From the human T2T-CHM13v2.0 reference genome, Homo sapiens, in the NCBI RefSeq assembly GCF_009914755.1, contig NC_060928.1: 64,000 nt of DNA. One strand, written 5' to 3'. The translations under genes were made by a program, and so were the position numbers. Shown here piece by piece: positions 50,246-64,000 of this stretch (positions within the stretch are counted from its first letter, which is position 1; every line of letters begins with the position of its first letter). Under the pieces are notes generated by a model, which saw only the letters and a list, made by a program, of their open reading frames with translations, ran no database searches and was not told the DNA's origin.

Positions 50246-51236
50246 TTACCAAGTGTGGCCAGGAGAGATGCAGAGGACACCGTCCATGCCCTTAGAGATG
50301 CTGTCTGTGGGAGGACTCTGCAGATGAGTTGGTCCAGTAGAGGCATGAAGTAAGTGGGGCTGTCTTTTACCACAGAGCACATGGTCATGAGGCAGAGCTG
50401 GAGGTGAATTTGAATGTTGTTGTATTCAGACGTAAAGTAATTTTGCTGAGAACCAGTTGTCATGAGGTATACTTACTTACCTTACTTACCTAAAGATTAT
50501 CACAGTATTTAAACTGTAACTTAAGAGGTAAAAGTCTATTAAGTATGTTGATGAATATAACCTGCACAGTGGCTGGCAGCAAGTAAACCCTGTTTGGGTG
50601 TTCAACTTTAATTTTTTGTTGAAATATGTAAGCAGGAGAGTGCACCTACCGCAAGTGTTCAGTTTGTTCATTTTTAAAAACTGAACCCCCTGTATAACCA
50701 GCAGTCAATAAGAGCAACGGTAGCAGCACCTCAGAACACCCCCAGCACCTCCTTCAGTTCACTTGTCCCATCCCAGGGGTGACAACTGTCCTGTCTCCCA
50801 GGACAACCAAAACAAAGGTTGTTTTGCATCTTCTGCACTTTTAATGAATGGTATTACATGGTGTATGTTCTTTGCAGGTTGGTCTCTTTCACTCAGCGTT
50901 GCCTTCAGGAGAGTCATCCACGTGGTTGGTTTAGAGCACATTGTGTCACTATAAGCCTTCTTATGAAGACACTAGACTATCCATCTCCTATATGGATGGA
51001 CTTTTGGGTTGTTTCCAATTGTGGTTTACGAGGAGTAGGGTTGCTGTCCACATTTTAGTACCTGGTTTTTGGTGAACACATTTGCTTCTGTGGGGTGTAA
51101 AATTAGGAGTGGAATTACTGAGTCATAGGGTATGCATGTGTTCAACTTTTGTGGATGTTTCCACATGATTTTCCAAAGTGAAACCCTGTTTTGAGATCTG
51201 GAATATTGACTGTCTTTCACTCTCCTTGGACCCTAG

Positions 51237-51488
51237 GGCTACAGAACTGGCTACCCTTATCGATACCCTGCTCTGAGAGAGAAGTCTAAAAAATACAGCG
51301 ATGTGGAGGTTCCTGCTAGTGTCACAGGTTACTCCTTTGCTAGTGACGGTGATTCGGGCACTTGCTCCCCACTCAGACACAGTTTTCAGAAGCAGCAGCG
51401 GGAGAAGACAAGATGGCTGAACTCTGGCCGGGGCGACGAAGCTTCCGAGGAAGGGCAGAATGGAAGCAGTCCCAAGTCGAAGACTAAG
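51237..51488 (+). CDS. ADD1: ADD1 exon 10, short form (GYRTGYPY...SPKSKTK)
   Basis: ctccttggaccctag|GGC...AAG|gtgtgg; 252 nt; includes codon 460 GGG at 51453-51455. Confidence 0.95.
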
Positions 51489-51581
51489 GTGTGGACGAAC
51501 ATTACACACGATCACGTGAAACCCTTGCTGCAGTCTCTCTCGTCCGGTGTCTGCGTGCCAAGCTGTATTACCAACTGCTTG
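51489..51581 (+). CDS. ADD1: Alternative 5' splice extension of exon 10 (+31 aa, [31 protein letters not shown])
   Basis: 93 nt, open in frame, ends at TTG|gtctgt. Consistent with the known 768-aa versus 737-aa alpha-adducin isoforms. Confidence 0.85.
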
Positions 51582-54215
51582 GTCTGTGCCTACCTTACTG
51601 TTCATAGTTAGATGACGTAGAGCAAGTTGGGTAGCTGGGGCTTCGGAGGCTTTGGGAATCCAGCCTTTCTGACCCAGGTGTAAAGCGAACCTTCCTTATT
51701 CACTTTCTTGTAGTCTGAACCTAAGTCCACTGAATGCATTACTAAAATTCGGATAATACTATCTGCTTGAAACTGCTTAAGATGTAATGTAACTCCGCAG
51801 TAGTTCCAGTATATCTCCGTATATAGCAAAAATATACAATAATTTACATGTATTAACCTACAAATAGGAGCTCTTCTTATTTAATTCAAATTATATTCAG
51901 GGACTCTTAATACTTCATGCACAAAAAGACACTTCAGTCCTAAACCTGTATTTTAGTGTTGTGAACTCCAGTGGTTTCAAGTCACTAAAGTTTCTTAAGT
52001 CTTCAGTGTTTTCTTAAGCAGTTTTCCCTTGTGGCTCCCTGGCGTGTTCTCTGCTGACTCTTGTCCCCTGCCCTTAGTGTTATTCCCCTGCTTTCTATCC
52101 CAAAGCCTCCGAATGCACACCCCCAGCTGCCCTCTGCATGGACTGTTGCATGTGAGTAGACGGCCATAGTGGCGAGTCACCTTCTGACTCCTGTTGGGTG
52201 CGGCATGACCCAAGTGCAGCGCAGGCCATCTGCAGGCACCAGCGACAGACGCTGCAAGGGGTGCTTCGTTTCAGCGTTAATGCCGCTCAAGTTATCGTTT
52301 GTCCTGAGAGGTGCTCCCATGTCGTGGTGCTGAGACCTCCTCTGAAGATGGGTCTTTATTCCTCCTGTAACCTACCTCTAACAGTCCACCCAGCTCTGCT
52401 TTAAACTGTATGTAGAAGAGGCCCATTTCCAGAAGCCCCTGGAATGGAGGAGACAGGGGCTGAAGCAGACTCATCTGTGCATGACTAGTTCATTAGGAGT
52501 TCAGTTGAAATTAGATTAGATGCTCCTAAAACCATGGGCAACCAAATACATAAAGTGGGGCTTTCTTTTCCCCTTGTAACAGTGTTTTACTTTATAGATT
52601 TATTTAAAGAAAAAAAGTTTTATCTTCCCCAGGTGGTCCTGGTGTTTTCCTGACGCAGTTGGTGAGAAGCCTCCGTGCTCCTGAGCGGCCGCGTCACCTG
52701 GGCAGGGACCCTGTGTGGCCATGGGGCTCTGAGCATGGGAGTGCGTCTCTCCTCTTCTTTCCTGCCCTCCTTGTCTTCTTTCCCCCCTTCTTCCTGTCTC
52801 CCCTTTTCTTTCATTTGTTTATTTTTTACTTGTTTCACTTGTTAAAGGAAGTGGGCGTTATAAAACAAAAAAAAAAAACCCCAAAACACCTTTCTGCGGC
52901 TGATGTGAAGCACAGTGCTGAATTGCCATGAGGAAGTTTTCCAAAGCGTTTAGGCAGCAGCGCGAGCTTTATTTACCATTAGCTTGCAAAACAACTAAGT
53001 CACTTTAGGCCTAGTAGTCAATGTGTACATCCAAGGGGAGGCCTTGCTCCGCATTTATATTTGTTTCTTACTGTTCTGGAGTGACAGAGTCCATGCAGTG
53101 CTCCCAGGTTGGTATCTTTTCATTTATAATGATTGCTGTTACTTTTTCAAATGTGTTCAAGTTTCTGAGGTTGCTGTTTGAAATGCTTTGACTAAAAATT
53201 ATTTTTAATAAAACGCTGGAGTTGTTTTTATCTGAGAAGATAACCATCAGTGAGTACCCAGAGCTCCATGCCCATTCCACACTCTCCTCGCAGTGGCTCA
53301 GCATTTGCTGGTTTTGTTGCTTTTTTTAAAGTCGTATGGTTTATGGCTATCTTATTGCCTCTCGAAAGTATTCTGAAAGGCATAACATTTGCTCTCGAAG
53401 ATGGGCTTGTTTTAATGTTCAGTGCCTACTCATGCCTTAGAATTTGATTAAAAATCTCAGATTTGATTGGAGATCCAAAAAAAAATTATGGGTGGAAGGC
53501 TCAGCATGCTGACGAGATGCACTGATACTAAAACAGCCTTTAAATATTAAGGACTCATGAAGCGCTTCAAGTTTGTTTGGGATATTTTTGTAGCACTCAA
53601 AAATATTAAGTTATATAAAATATTCGACATCACCAAACTCTTCTTCCAGGTAGCTACCGTGTAAGTGTCCATACAGTAATGTTCTTGGGTTGAAAGTTAC
53701 GCAGACAGTGCATTCTGATGCTGTCATTTACTTTAATGCAAAACTTTGGTGATGCCCACTCTTGCCTCACGGTGCAGGCTCCTCCCTAACCCTGGGTAGC
53801 AGCATCACATTGCTTTTCATGACCCTGTCATCTCATGCTTCCAGTTGGCTTTGGTGTTGGATGATTTTCAGAGCAGTGAACCAATGGTCTCTGAGGGGCC
53901 TCCCCTGCTGGTCCCAGGGTTATGGGGCTCAGCTCTGTCGTCAGCCTACCTTATGACCCAGATTCAGCTGGGCTTTCCAGATGGTGGTTTTCCATCAGTC
54001 ATGACTTTGACTTCCAGCATTAACTGGTCTTTATGTGGCTGCATCCTGCTCCCATGGCGACTCTGCTGAGTGACCCAGATTAGATGTGGTCATTGGTTCA
54101 GTCCTCTCTGTGATGTTCAGTGCATGACCAGATGTGAGATAAACTGAATAGATTGGATGCTATGTCACTTATTGTTGTCATAATTCTGACTTTTCAACTG
54201 TTCTTGATATTACAG

Positions 54216-54317
54216 TGGACTAAAGAGGATGGACATAGAACTTCCACCTCTGCTGTCCCTAACCTGTTTGTTCCATTGAACACTAACCCAAAAGAGGTCC
54301 AGGAGATGAGGAACAAG
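54216..54317 (+). CDS. ADD1: ADD1 exon 11 (WTKEDGHRTSTSAVPNLFVPLNTNPKEVQEMRNK)
   Basis: ttcttgatattacag|TGG...AAG|gtgcgt; 102 nt. Confidence 0.96.
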
Positions 54318-54987
54318 GTGCGTCCTGCGTCGGCACTCAGCGGGGGCTTGGGTGTGGGATTGGAAGGGATGCCAGCTGCTTTGGGGGGAGCGGGTGCTTG
54401 CTTCTAGCAGAGGGCATCTGCTGTTGTTGCCACTGTTGCAGTGAAGCCATCTCTTCACACCGCTGCTGTTCTACCACCAGTGTGAAGTATGAGCAGCAGA
54501 CATTTTTTGGGCCCTATTGATTCTTGAACTGATGTTTGCTCACGATGTTTGCTCACCGGTCAGAATTGGAAGCTGCAAAACCTGTTCTTAGCAAGAGCAG
54601 ACTGCTGTCCCTTTCAGGGTTCGTTCAAAGACTTGTGAGTGGCATTTGGTGTATCAGAGCAGGAGCCCTGCCAGTGCTCACATCACTAGACGATGGACAT
54701 GCAGCGAGTGTTTCCCCCAAGTTAATGACAGTGAGAGATAGGTGTCCTGCCCAAGCATCTGGAAGATGTGGGGAGCTGGGAATAGTCTCCATCCCTGCAG
54801 ACCCACGCCCCACTAAGCAGGCATGGCGGTCACTCAGAACACATGGGGCCATCCTGCCTGCGTGGGGCAGTGGGAGAGCTGAAATGTAGCTTCCATGTGG
54901 CTGGGGCCCAAGTGCACAAGCAGCAGGGCTCCCAGGCAGCATGGCTGCTCAGGACTGTTGATGTGTGCCTCTCCTTCCCACCCTCAG

Positions 54988-55077
54988 ATCCGAGAGCAGA
55001 ATTTACAGGACATTAAGACGGCTGGCCCTCAGTCCCAGGTTTTGTGTGGTGTAGTGATGGACAGGAGCCTCGTCCAG
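54988..55077 (+). CDS. ADD1: ADD1 exon 12 (IREQNLQDIKTAGPQSQVLCGVVMDRSLVQ)
   Basis: ccttcccaccctcag|ATC...CAG|gtgaga; 90 nt. Confidence 0.96.
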
Positions 55078-55811
55078 GTGAGAGCCCAGAGTGTCTCTGA
55101 CTTTAGTGGGTGGTGGCTGTGTGACCGCCTGCTCCAAAGTTATTCTGAAATTGAGAGAGTGACTTTATGAGGTAAGTATTCTAGGCAACCAGTTACCTTT
55201 GTTAAAACCTTCATGATGAGAAACGGTTCAGGCACTTTTCGTTGAGTTCTAGAAGGAGCGAGCATGCTGAGGGCTGTGTCCACCCCTCTGGTCATGCCCC
55301 TTGTAATGCATGCATATGTGAGGGTGGCACATACACCACCAGCTTTGGGGCTCAGATTCGGCCCGGGTTCAGCAGCGTTCTGTGTAAGGCGCTAGGAGAG
55401 GGTGGGTTTAGGGACTCTTGTTCTGGTACATATTGCTGTCTGCAACAAAGTGCTGCTTGGGTTGCAGAGGGGTGGGTGCCTGTAAGTGTGGTGCACATTT
55501 ACACACATTTCTACAAAATGACTCTACCTTGTGGCACATTGAAGATAATTGTGTAAGTAGTTATCTCTGAAAACTAATATGCCACCTAATGCTTTAACAC
55601 CTGACTCTGCAGGGGTAGACGATTGTTGGATTTGTCCAGCCGTGGTCCTGGTTTCGTGTTCAGTGTCTGCACGTCCTGCCATCATCACTGCCACACTTAC
55701 TGTTGACAGCTGTCCCTGCTGCATGCTCTTAGCCAGCTCCATCCTGTGCTCTCAGCTGATATTTCACAGGCTGGGCCTGGTGTGCTCTGGTGACTCAGTT
55801 TACTGTTTCAG

Positions 55812-55904
55812 GATGCACCTCTCTCTGACTGTACGGAAACTATCGAAGGGCTCGAGCTTACAGAGCAGACCTTTAGTCCCGCTAAATCTCTCTCTTTTAG
55901 AAAG
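55812..55904 (+). CDS. ADD1: In-frame cassette exon, +31 aa (DAPLSDCTETIEGLELTEQTFSPAKSLSFRK)
   Basis: gttttactgtttcag|GAT...AAG|gtactc; 93 nt, phase 0/0, no stop; repeat-free flanks. Absent from the 737-aa form as I recall it. Confidence 0.78.
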
Positions 55905-57902
55905 GTACTCACTGCCCTGTCCTCACTACCTGTCTATGCGCCTTGCTCCCCTCCCCTCCCCCCTCCCCGTCTCCTCTCTTCAGGCATTGTCTTAGTTACT
56001 GAAGTAGCTTCAAATGGATCTTTAACCTGTTTGTGAGATTGTACAGAAGGTTCTGTTCTACCTACTTGATTCTTTAATTAAAACATTTGCTATGAGGTGT
56101 GATAACAATTTCCAGCATTCGAAGTTGTTACTGAGAAATGGCCAGTCTGAGCAACGTGGTGCATTTCTGCAGTTCCGCACGGGACTTTGGTCAGTGCGTG
56201 TTTTGGGTTTCAGAATTTGCCTTTTCCATGACTCTGACTGCAGACAGCCTCTTCTGGGCAGTCTGTTGCTGTTGGCAGCGGCCACTCCCGAGTGCCCTTC
56301 CACCCTCGCTGGTTCAACTTTGACTGTAAATGTCATGAATGTAGCCACTAGAGGTCATATCATTGAAAGATGTCATTTCAGAGGAATGGGAATTCAGACA
56401 GTCTTTGTCAGCCCTTGATAAAATGTATTTATTTGTACCTCAAAAAAAAAAAAAAAAACCCTAAATAACATTTTTAAATGCCACAGAGGAGAAAGACTTA
56501 GGAGAGTCTGAAACCCCTCACTGTGATTCCCTCTGTGTGCGGGCATCTAGTATGTGGAGTAGGTGGAAGATCTGTCTGAACCCACCCACGTAGAAGGAAA
56601 TCCTCCCTAAGAATCTAGGCTGCTAGTGTGCAGGAGTTGGTGCCACGCAGAAAGGGGCTGACCGCATGGTTGAAGAGTCTTAGCTGAGAGGTATGTTTAT
56701 ATTCTTGTCAAAGGAAATTTCCAGAACTGTCTCTTTCACTTGTCACACCTTCATTGAGATGCATGTGTCACTTTAGTGGTGTTCCAGTTCCCACATAGAA
56801 GCAGGTTTATAGCAAAGATTCTGTATTCCTGTCTGTAATCCCTGCTAATAACATTATTTTGCATATTTACTTATTAATTCCACAGGTCCTGTTTTTCCCT
56901 GTGCTTAGAGCATCCTTCCAGCTGCCATTCTTGGAAGAGCTTCTCAGAGCAGGGGAGAAAGATGACTCTGCCTGTTGCTTGTTTTTCATCTTTTGGCACT
57001 TTGTTGCGGTCTTGTCAGTTATTCTTTCTCTCAGGTGTGTGAGGGCTGTGCAGGCCATGAGCCCAGCTGGCCTCCTGTGTAGAGCCCACGTGAGGGCAGC
57101 ACTGAGGACCTTGTTAGGGCTCTCCAGAAAGCAGCCTGGGTCGCCGTGTTCAACCACCAGTTACAGCTTTGTGTGCTCTGTCCCAGTGATATTCAGATGT
57201 GGGTGTGTGTCACTGTCACCTGGGGGCTTCCTGAACGATAGAGGTAGGGTCCGTACCTTCTGAACACCATGCTCACTGCGAGTGCTGCATCCAGGTGTCA
57301 TTAGCAGAGAATACCACTGTACGCTGACCCCAGAGGAAGAGAGCCTGACCACCTGGACAGAAATCCTTGTTCCACCTTTGTGTTTTCTCTACCTCCTTAT
57401 ATCTGAAGTTTACTTTTGCACCCTTGATCTTTATCCCACTCTGGCTAAAATATCCCTCTTTTTGGTGAGAATGTGCTTTGGCTCCATGGGAGTCCTTTAC
57501 TGGGCAATTGTTCCACTTCCTTTCATGTGAACCTCAAAGCACAGACAGTCTTGCTCCTTTTGGAACATGGAGCTGCATGTTGAGAAGTTGAGTTTTTCCT
57601 TGACCAAGCAAGGACGACTGTGTCCCACACACTCCCCTCCCCAGTGAGGCGAGTGCGTGGATGCCTGCTTCCCATCTGAGAACCTGAAGAATGGGTATTT
57701 GGGACTTAGGGAGCTGGGGCTTTTCTGGAAAGGACTTTCCTTTGCCTTCCATTTCTCCCTCACTGGTGATGGCCATTCCCACAGTGCAAGTGTTGCCTTC
57801 TGATAGAAGAAGGAACAGTAATCACAGTTCAAACAGGAGTTCGCAGCCCAGCCGAAGGCTGTGTTGACTTTGTTTTGGGCAGCATAACATGTAACCTGAA
57901 AT

Positions 57903-59627
<1,725 letters not shown>

Positions 59628-60329
59628 TGATTCTTGATATTTGATTCCTTTACTAATTTTAACCACTTGATTTAAATGAACTTAAGCATTTCTCTTGTAT
59701 CACCTTCTCATTTCATTGGCAGTGATATCAGGATGCAGGTGCAGCCAGCCAAACTGCTGTTGCTGGGATACCATCTCTAGAGTGCCATCATGTGAGGGCT
59801 CTTAGCAGTGGCCAGCCCAGCAGCTCCTCCTTCAGATAGTGAGGCAGGCCTCTGGTCAGGGAAAGACTTGGCTCGGGCCACAGCGCTAAGACATGGCAGA
59901 CAGGACTCAGCTTCCTGTCTTGGTGAGGCAGGGCAACTTCTTAACGAAAAGCCAATGGGCCTCGAGTCAGACCTGGTTCAGAAGAGGGTTCCCTTTGACT
60001 TGTTGACTGTCGAGAGTCTCCAGGCTCCCGGGCAAAGGTTGCCTGTTCCAGCAGCCCATCTGTCCCTCTCGGAGCTCTGTGTCACTGGTCAGCACTGGGT
60101 ACGCAGCATGCTAGGTGGTAACCCCTCAGCCCATCCCAGTCAGTCCAAGTTCCCCTGTCTCTGCTTGAGGAGCGGTCGGCCTGTGTGAGTTGAATTTCCC
60201 GAGTCAGCCCAGCTAGGACGCTCTCCATCTCTGGTGTTCACTCCGCACTGAGAGCAGCACTGAAGGACCAGGCCTGGCATCCAAAGAATTGTGGTTTCTC
60301 CTGTTTCTATTTGGTTTTGGAAGCTGTCA

Positions 60330-60794
<465 letters not shown>

Positions 60795-61356
60795 TCAGCT
60801 AAACACTGGTGTCTTGGGGCATGTTGTCATCTCGGAATGTTTTGGGATAAGCTCCAGGAACTAGTTACAAACTAACCACAGTCAAAAGAACAGAACTTAC
60901 CTGTGCTCTTAGAATATGAGCAAAGCTCTGAGCATGCCTTACGCTGAGTGCTGTACCTCGTGACAGTTTCTGATGTCATGAGGAAAACTTACTGACTTTT
61001 AAACAGTAACAGGAAAGGGCCTCTTCCCCTTCTGCTCCACAGTGAGGAGTGGGCACCCTCCCTGAGGTGCTCTGTGCTCTTGGGTCTGCATTGGGCTTTT
61101 GCTTCTGAAACCTGGAAGGCTCTGTAGGATTTCTTTTGTGGTTAATATCTGTTCATCGTGGCACTGACCTGTGTTTCCATTATATACCACTGAAGGCTGC
61201 AGCTCAGCCTAGGCCTCGGGCCCATGGCAGTGCAGTCTCAGGGGTCTCTGCTCCTGGAAAGCCTCCTGCCCCCGCCCTGCCTGCAGCCTGCCTGGGAGGA
61301 GGGAGAGTCCCCATCGGGCCGGGCTCCTGCAGACCAGATGTGCCTTTCATCCACAG

Positions 61357-61513
61357 GGAGAGCTGGTGACGGCCTCCAAGGCCATCATTGAAAAGGAGTA
61401 CCAGCCCCACGTCATTGTGAGCACCACGGGCCCCAACCCCTTCACCACACTCACAGACCGTGAGCTGGAGGAGTACCGCAGGGAGGTGGAGAGGAAGCAG
61501 AAGGGCTCTGAAG
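61357..61513 (+). CDS. ADD1: ADD1 exon 13 (GELVTASKAIIEKEYQ...KQKGSE)
   Basis: cctttcatccacag|GGA...GAAG|gtgagt; 157 nt; codon 586 TCT at 61507-61509. Confidence 0.96.
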
Positions 61514-61697
61514 GTGAGTGCTTGTGGTCCTGGGCACGGCCACTCCAGAAGGTGAAAGTGCTCTGGGAGCTTCTTTGTGGTCCAGGTGCTGGCTGTGGGT
61601 GGTGATAAGAATAGTCACATGCATCAAAGACAAACCAGAACTTTATCCAGTACTCATTTCCAACCTAGTCACTCAGGCCAGAATGGAAGAAATTGCT

Positions 61698-62290
61698 GGC
61701 CGGGCACAGTGGTTCATGCCTTTAATCCAGCACTTTGGGAGGCCAAGGAGGGCGGATGACCTGAGGTCGGGAGTTCGAGACCAACCTGACCAACATGGAG
61801 AAACCCCATCTCTACCAAAAATACAAAATTAGGCTGGGCATGGTGGCTCACGCCTATAATCCCAGCACTTTGGGAGGCCGAGGCGGGCGGATCACGAGGT
61901 CAGGAGATCGAGACCATCCTGGCTAATACGATGAAACGCTGTCTCTAGGAAAATAGAAAAAAAATTAGCCGGATGTGGTGGCAGGCACCTGTAGTCCCAG
62001 CTACTTGGGAGGCTGAGGCAGGAGAATGGCGTGAACGTGGAAGGCAGGGCTTTCAGTGAGCCGAGATTGCACCACGGCACTCCAGCCTGGGCGACAGAGT
62101 GAGACTCTGTCTCAAAATAAATACATAAATACATACAAATACAAAATTAGCCAGGTGTAGTGGCGCATGCCTGTAATCCCAGCTACTCGGGAAGGCTGAG
62201 TCAGGAGAATCGCTTGAACCCGGGGGGCGGAGGTTGCGGTGAGCCGAGATCGTGCCATTGCACTCTAGCCTGGGCATCTCAAAAAAAAAG
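61698..62290 (+). mobile_element. AluY nested in the linker of an AluS
   Basis: Left arm ~61698-61831, inner Alu ~61832-62140, right arm to ~62290; duplicated aaatacaaaattag. Confidence 0.9.
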
Positions 62291-62603
62291 AAATTGCAAA
62301 GTTAGGCACACTTGTGAGTGGCCCTGGCTAGGAGGGAGACGTGTGTAAATGACGATGTGGAGGACTAGTGGTGGCCACTCACAAGAGTCTGCGCGCCATA
62401 CTAAGACACACCGGGGCCCCTCTGCCAAAACGAGGCTGACCCCGAAGATGTCCTGCCGTGGTCCCATCCAGCAGCTGTGATGAGAGGAGACAGCAGGACC
62501 GAGGGGCAACCCACAGAACTCTGGGCTGGAGGGCATTGGTCCTTCTCCCAGGGAGGTTTCTGTCCACATGGAGTGACCAGACATTCACAAAAGAATTCAC
62601 TAA

Positions 62604-62958
<355 letters not shown>

Positions 62959-62996
62959 TGAATATTATTTTTAAGAGACTTTTGTCTCTCTCTCTC

Positions 62997-64000
62997 TTTT
63001 TTTTAAATTAATTATACTTTAAGTTTTGGGATACATGTACAGAACGTGCAGGTTTGTTACATAGGTATACACGTGCCGTGGTGGTGGCACATGTATGGGT
63101 GGCACCCATCATCTACATTAGGTATTTCTCCTGATGCTATCCTTCCCCTAGCCCCACACCCCTGACAGGCCCTGGTGTGTGATGTCCCCTTCCCTGTGTC
63201 CATGTGTTCTAATTGTTCAATCCCCACTTATGAGTGAGAACATGCAGTGTTTGGTTTTCTGTTCCTGTGTTAGTTTGCTGAGAATGATGGTTTCCAGCTT
63301 CATCCATATCCCTGCAAAGGACATGAACTCATCCTTTTTTATGATTGCATAGTATTCCATGGTGTATATGTGCCACATTTTCTTTGTCCAGTCTATCATT
63401 GCTGGGCATTTGAGTTGTTTCCAACTCTTTCGTATTGTGCATAGTGGTGCAGTACACATATGTGTGCATGTGTCTTTATCATAGAATGTTTATAATCCTT
63501 TGGTTATATACCCAGTAACGGGATTGCTGGGTCAAATGGTATTTCTGGTTTTAGATTCTTGAGGAATCGCCACACTGCCTTCCACAATGGTTGAACTAAT
63601 TTACACTCCCACCAACAGTGTAAAAGTGTTCCTATTTCTCCACATCCTCTCCAGCTTCTGTTGTTTCCTCGCTTTTTAATGATCGCCACTGTAACTGGTG
63701 TGAGATGGTATCTCATTGTGGTTTTGATTTGCATTTCTCTAATGACCAGTGATGATGAGCTTTTTTTTCATGTTTGTTGGCTACATAAATGTCTTCTTTT
63801 GAGAAGTGTCTGTTTATATCCTTCGTCTGCTTTTTGATGGCATTGTTTTTTTCTTGTAAACTTGTTTAAGTTCCTTGTAGATCGTGGATATGAGCCCTTT
63901 GTCAGATGGATAGATTGCAAAAATTTTCTCCCATTCTGTAGATTCCCTTTTCATTCTGATGATAGTTTCTTCTGGTGTGCAGAAGCTCTTTAGTTTAATT
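62997..64000 (-). mobile_element. L1PA-family 3' end (3'UTR plus ORF2 C-terminus), runs off the window
   Basis: ttatactttaagttttgggatacatgtacagaacgtgcaggtttgttacataggt; minus [17 protein letters not shown]...[14 protein letters not shown] is the L1 ORF2p C-terminus. Confidence 0.93.

Noticed and set aside
51123-51605. 160-aa minus-strand ORF
   Set aside because: Antisense shadow of ADD1 exon 10 with no independent promoter, splice or homology support.
55579-55995. 138-aa plus-strand ORF overlapping the cassette exon
   Set aside because: It is in a different frame from the spliced ADD1 frame and the peptide is not recognisable. The splice-defined 93-nt exon explains the region better.
56416-56458. 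GATAAA followed by an A18 run as a possible intronic polyA site
   Set aside because: A genomic A-run causes oligo-dT mispriming, so a real cleavage site cannot be supported from sequence.
63217-63734. Minus-strand ORFs with reverse-transcriptase-protein similarity
   Set aside because: Broken L1 ORF2 C-terminal fragments from a degenerate L1PA.

Overview
Human (primate, Alu-rich) genomic DNA from inside the ADD1 (alpha-adducin) gene, transcribed on the + strand. The window opens within the long 5'-UTR intron (the promoter and first exon lie upstream, outside the window). It contains the first coding exon (ATG at 22383) and the next 11 constitutive coding exons, up to about codon 587 (61513). 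The MARCKS-like C-terminal exons lie beyond the right edge. All junctions were placed from GT-AG signals and give one continuous frame; exon numbers assume a single non-coding exon 1. Notable features: a 93-nt in-frame cassette exon missing from the ORF track (55812-55904), a 93-nt alternative 5' splice extension plus an intronic stop on exon 10, a 105-nt stop-free in-frame intron, two candidate microexons, an exact 2x94-bp tandem duplication, a 22-bp direct repeat bracketing a unique 209-bp segment, and a diverged ~140-bp dispersed duplication. Introns carry dozens of Alu/FLAM/FAM elements plus L1, L2, MIR, MLT1 and hAT-Charlie relics; repeat boundaries and subfamilies are approximate. I found no convincing novel gene or system. 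The best leads are splicing-regulatory and structural-variant hypotheses.
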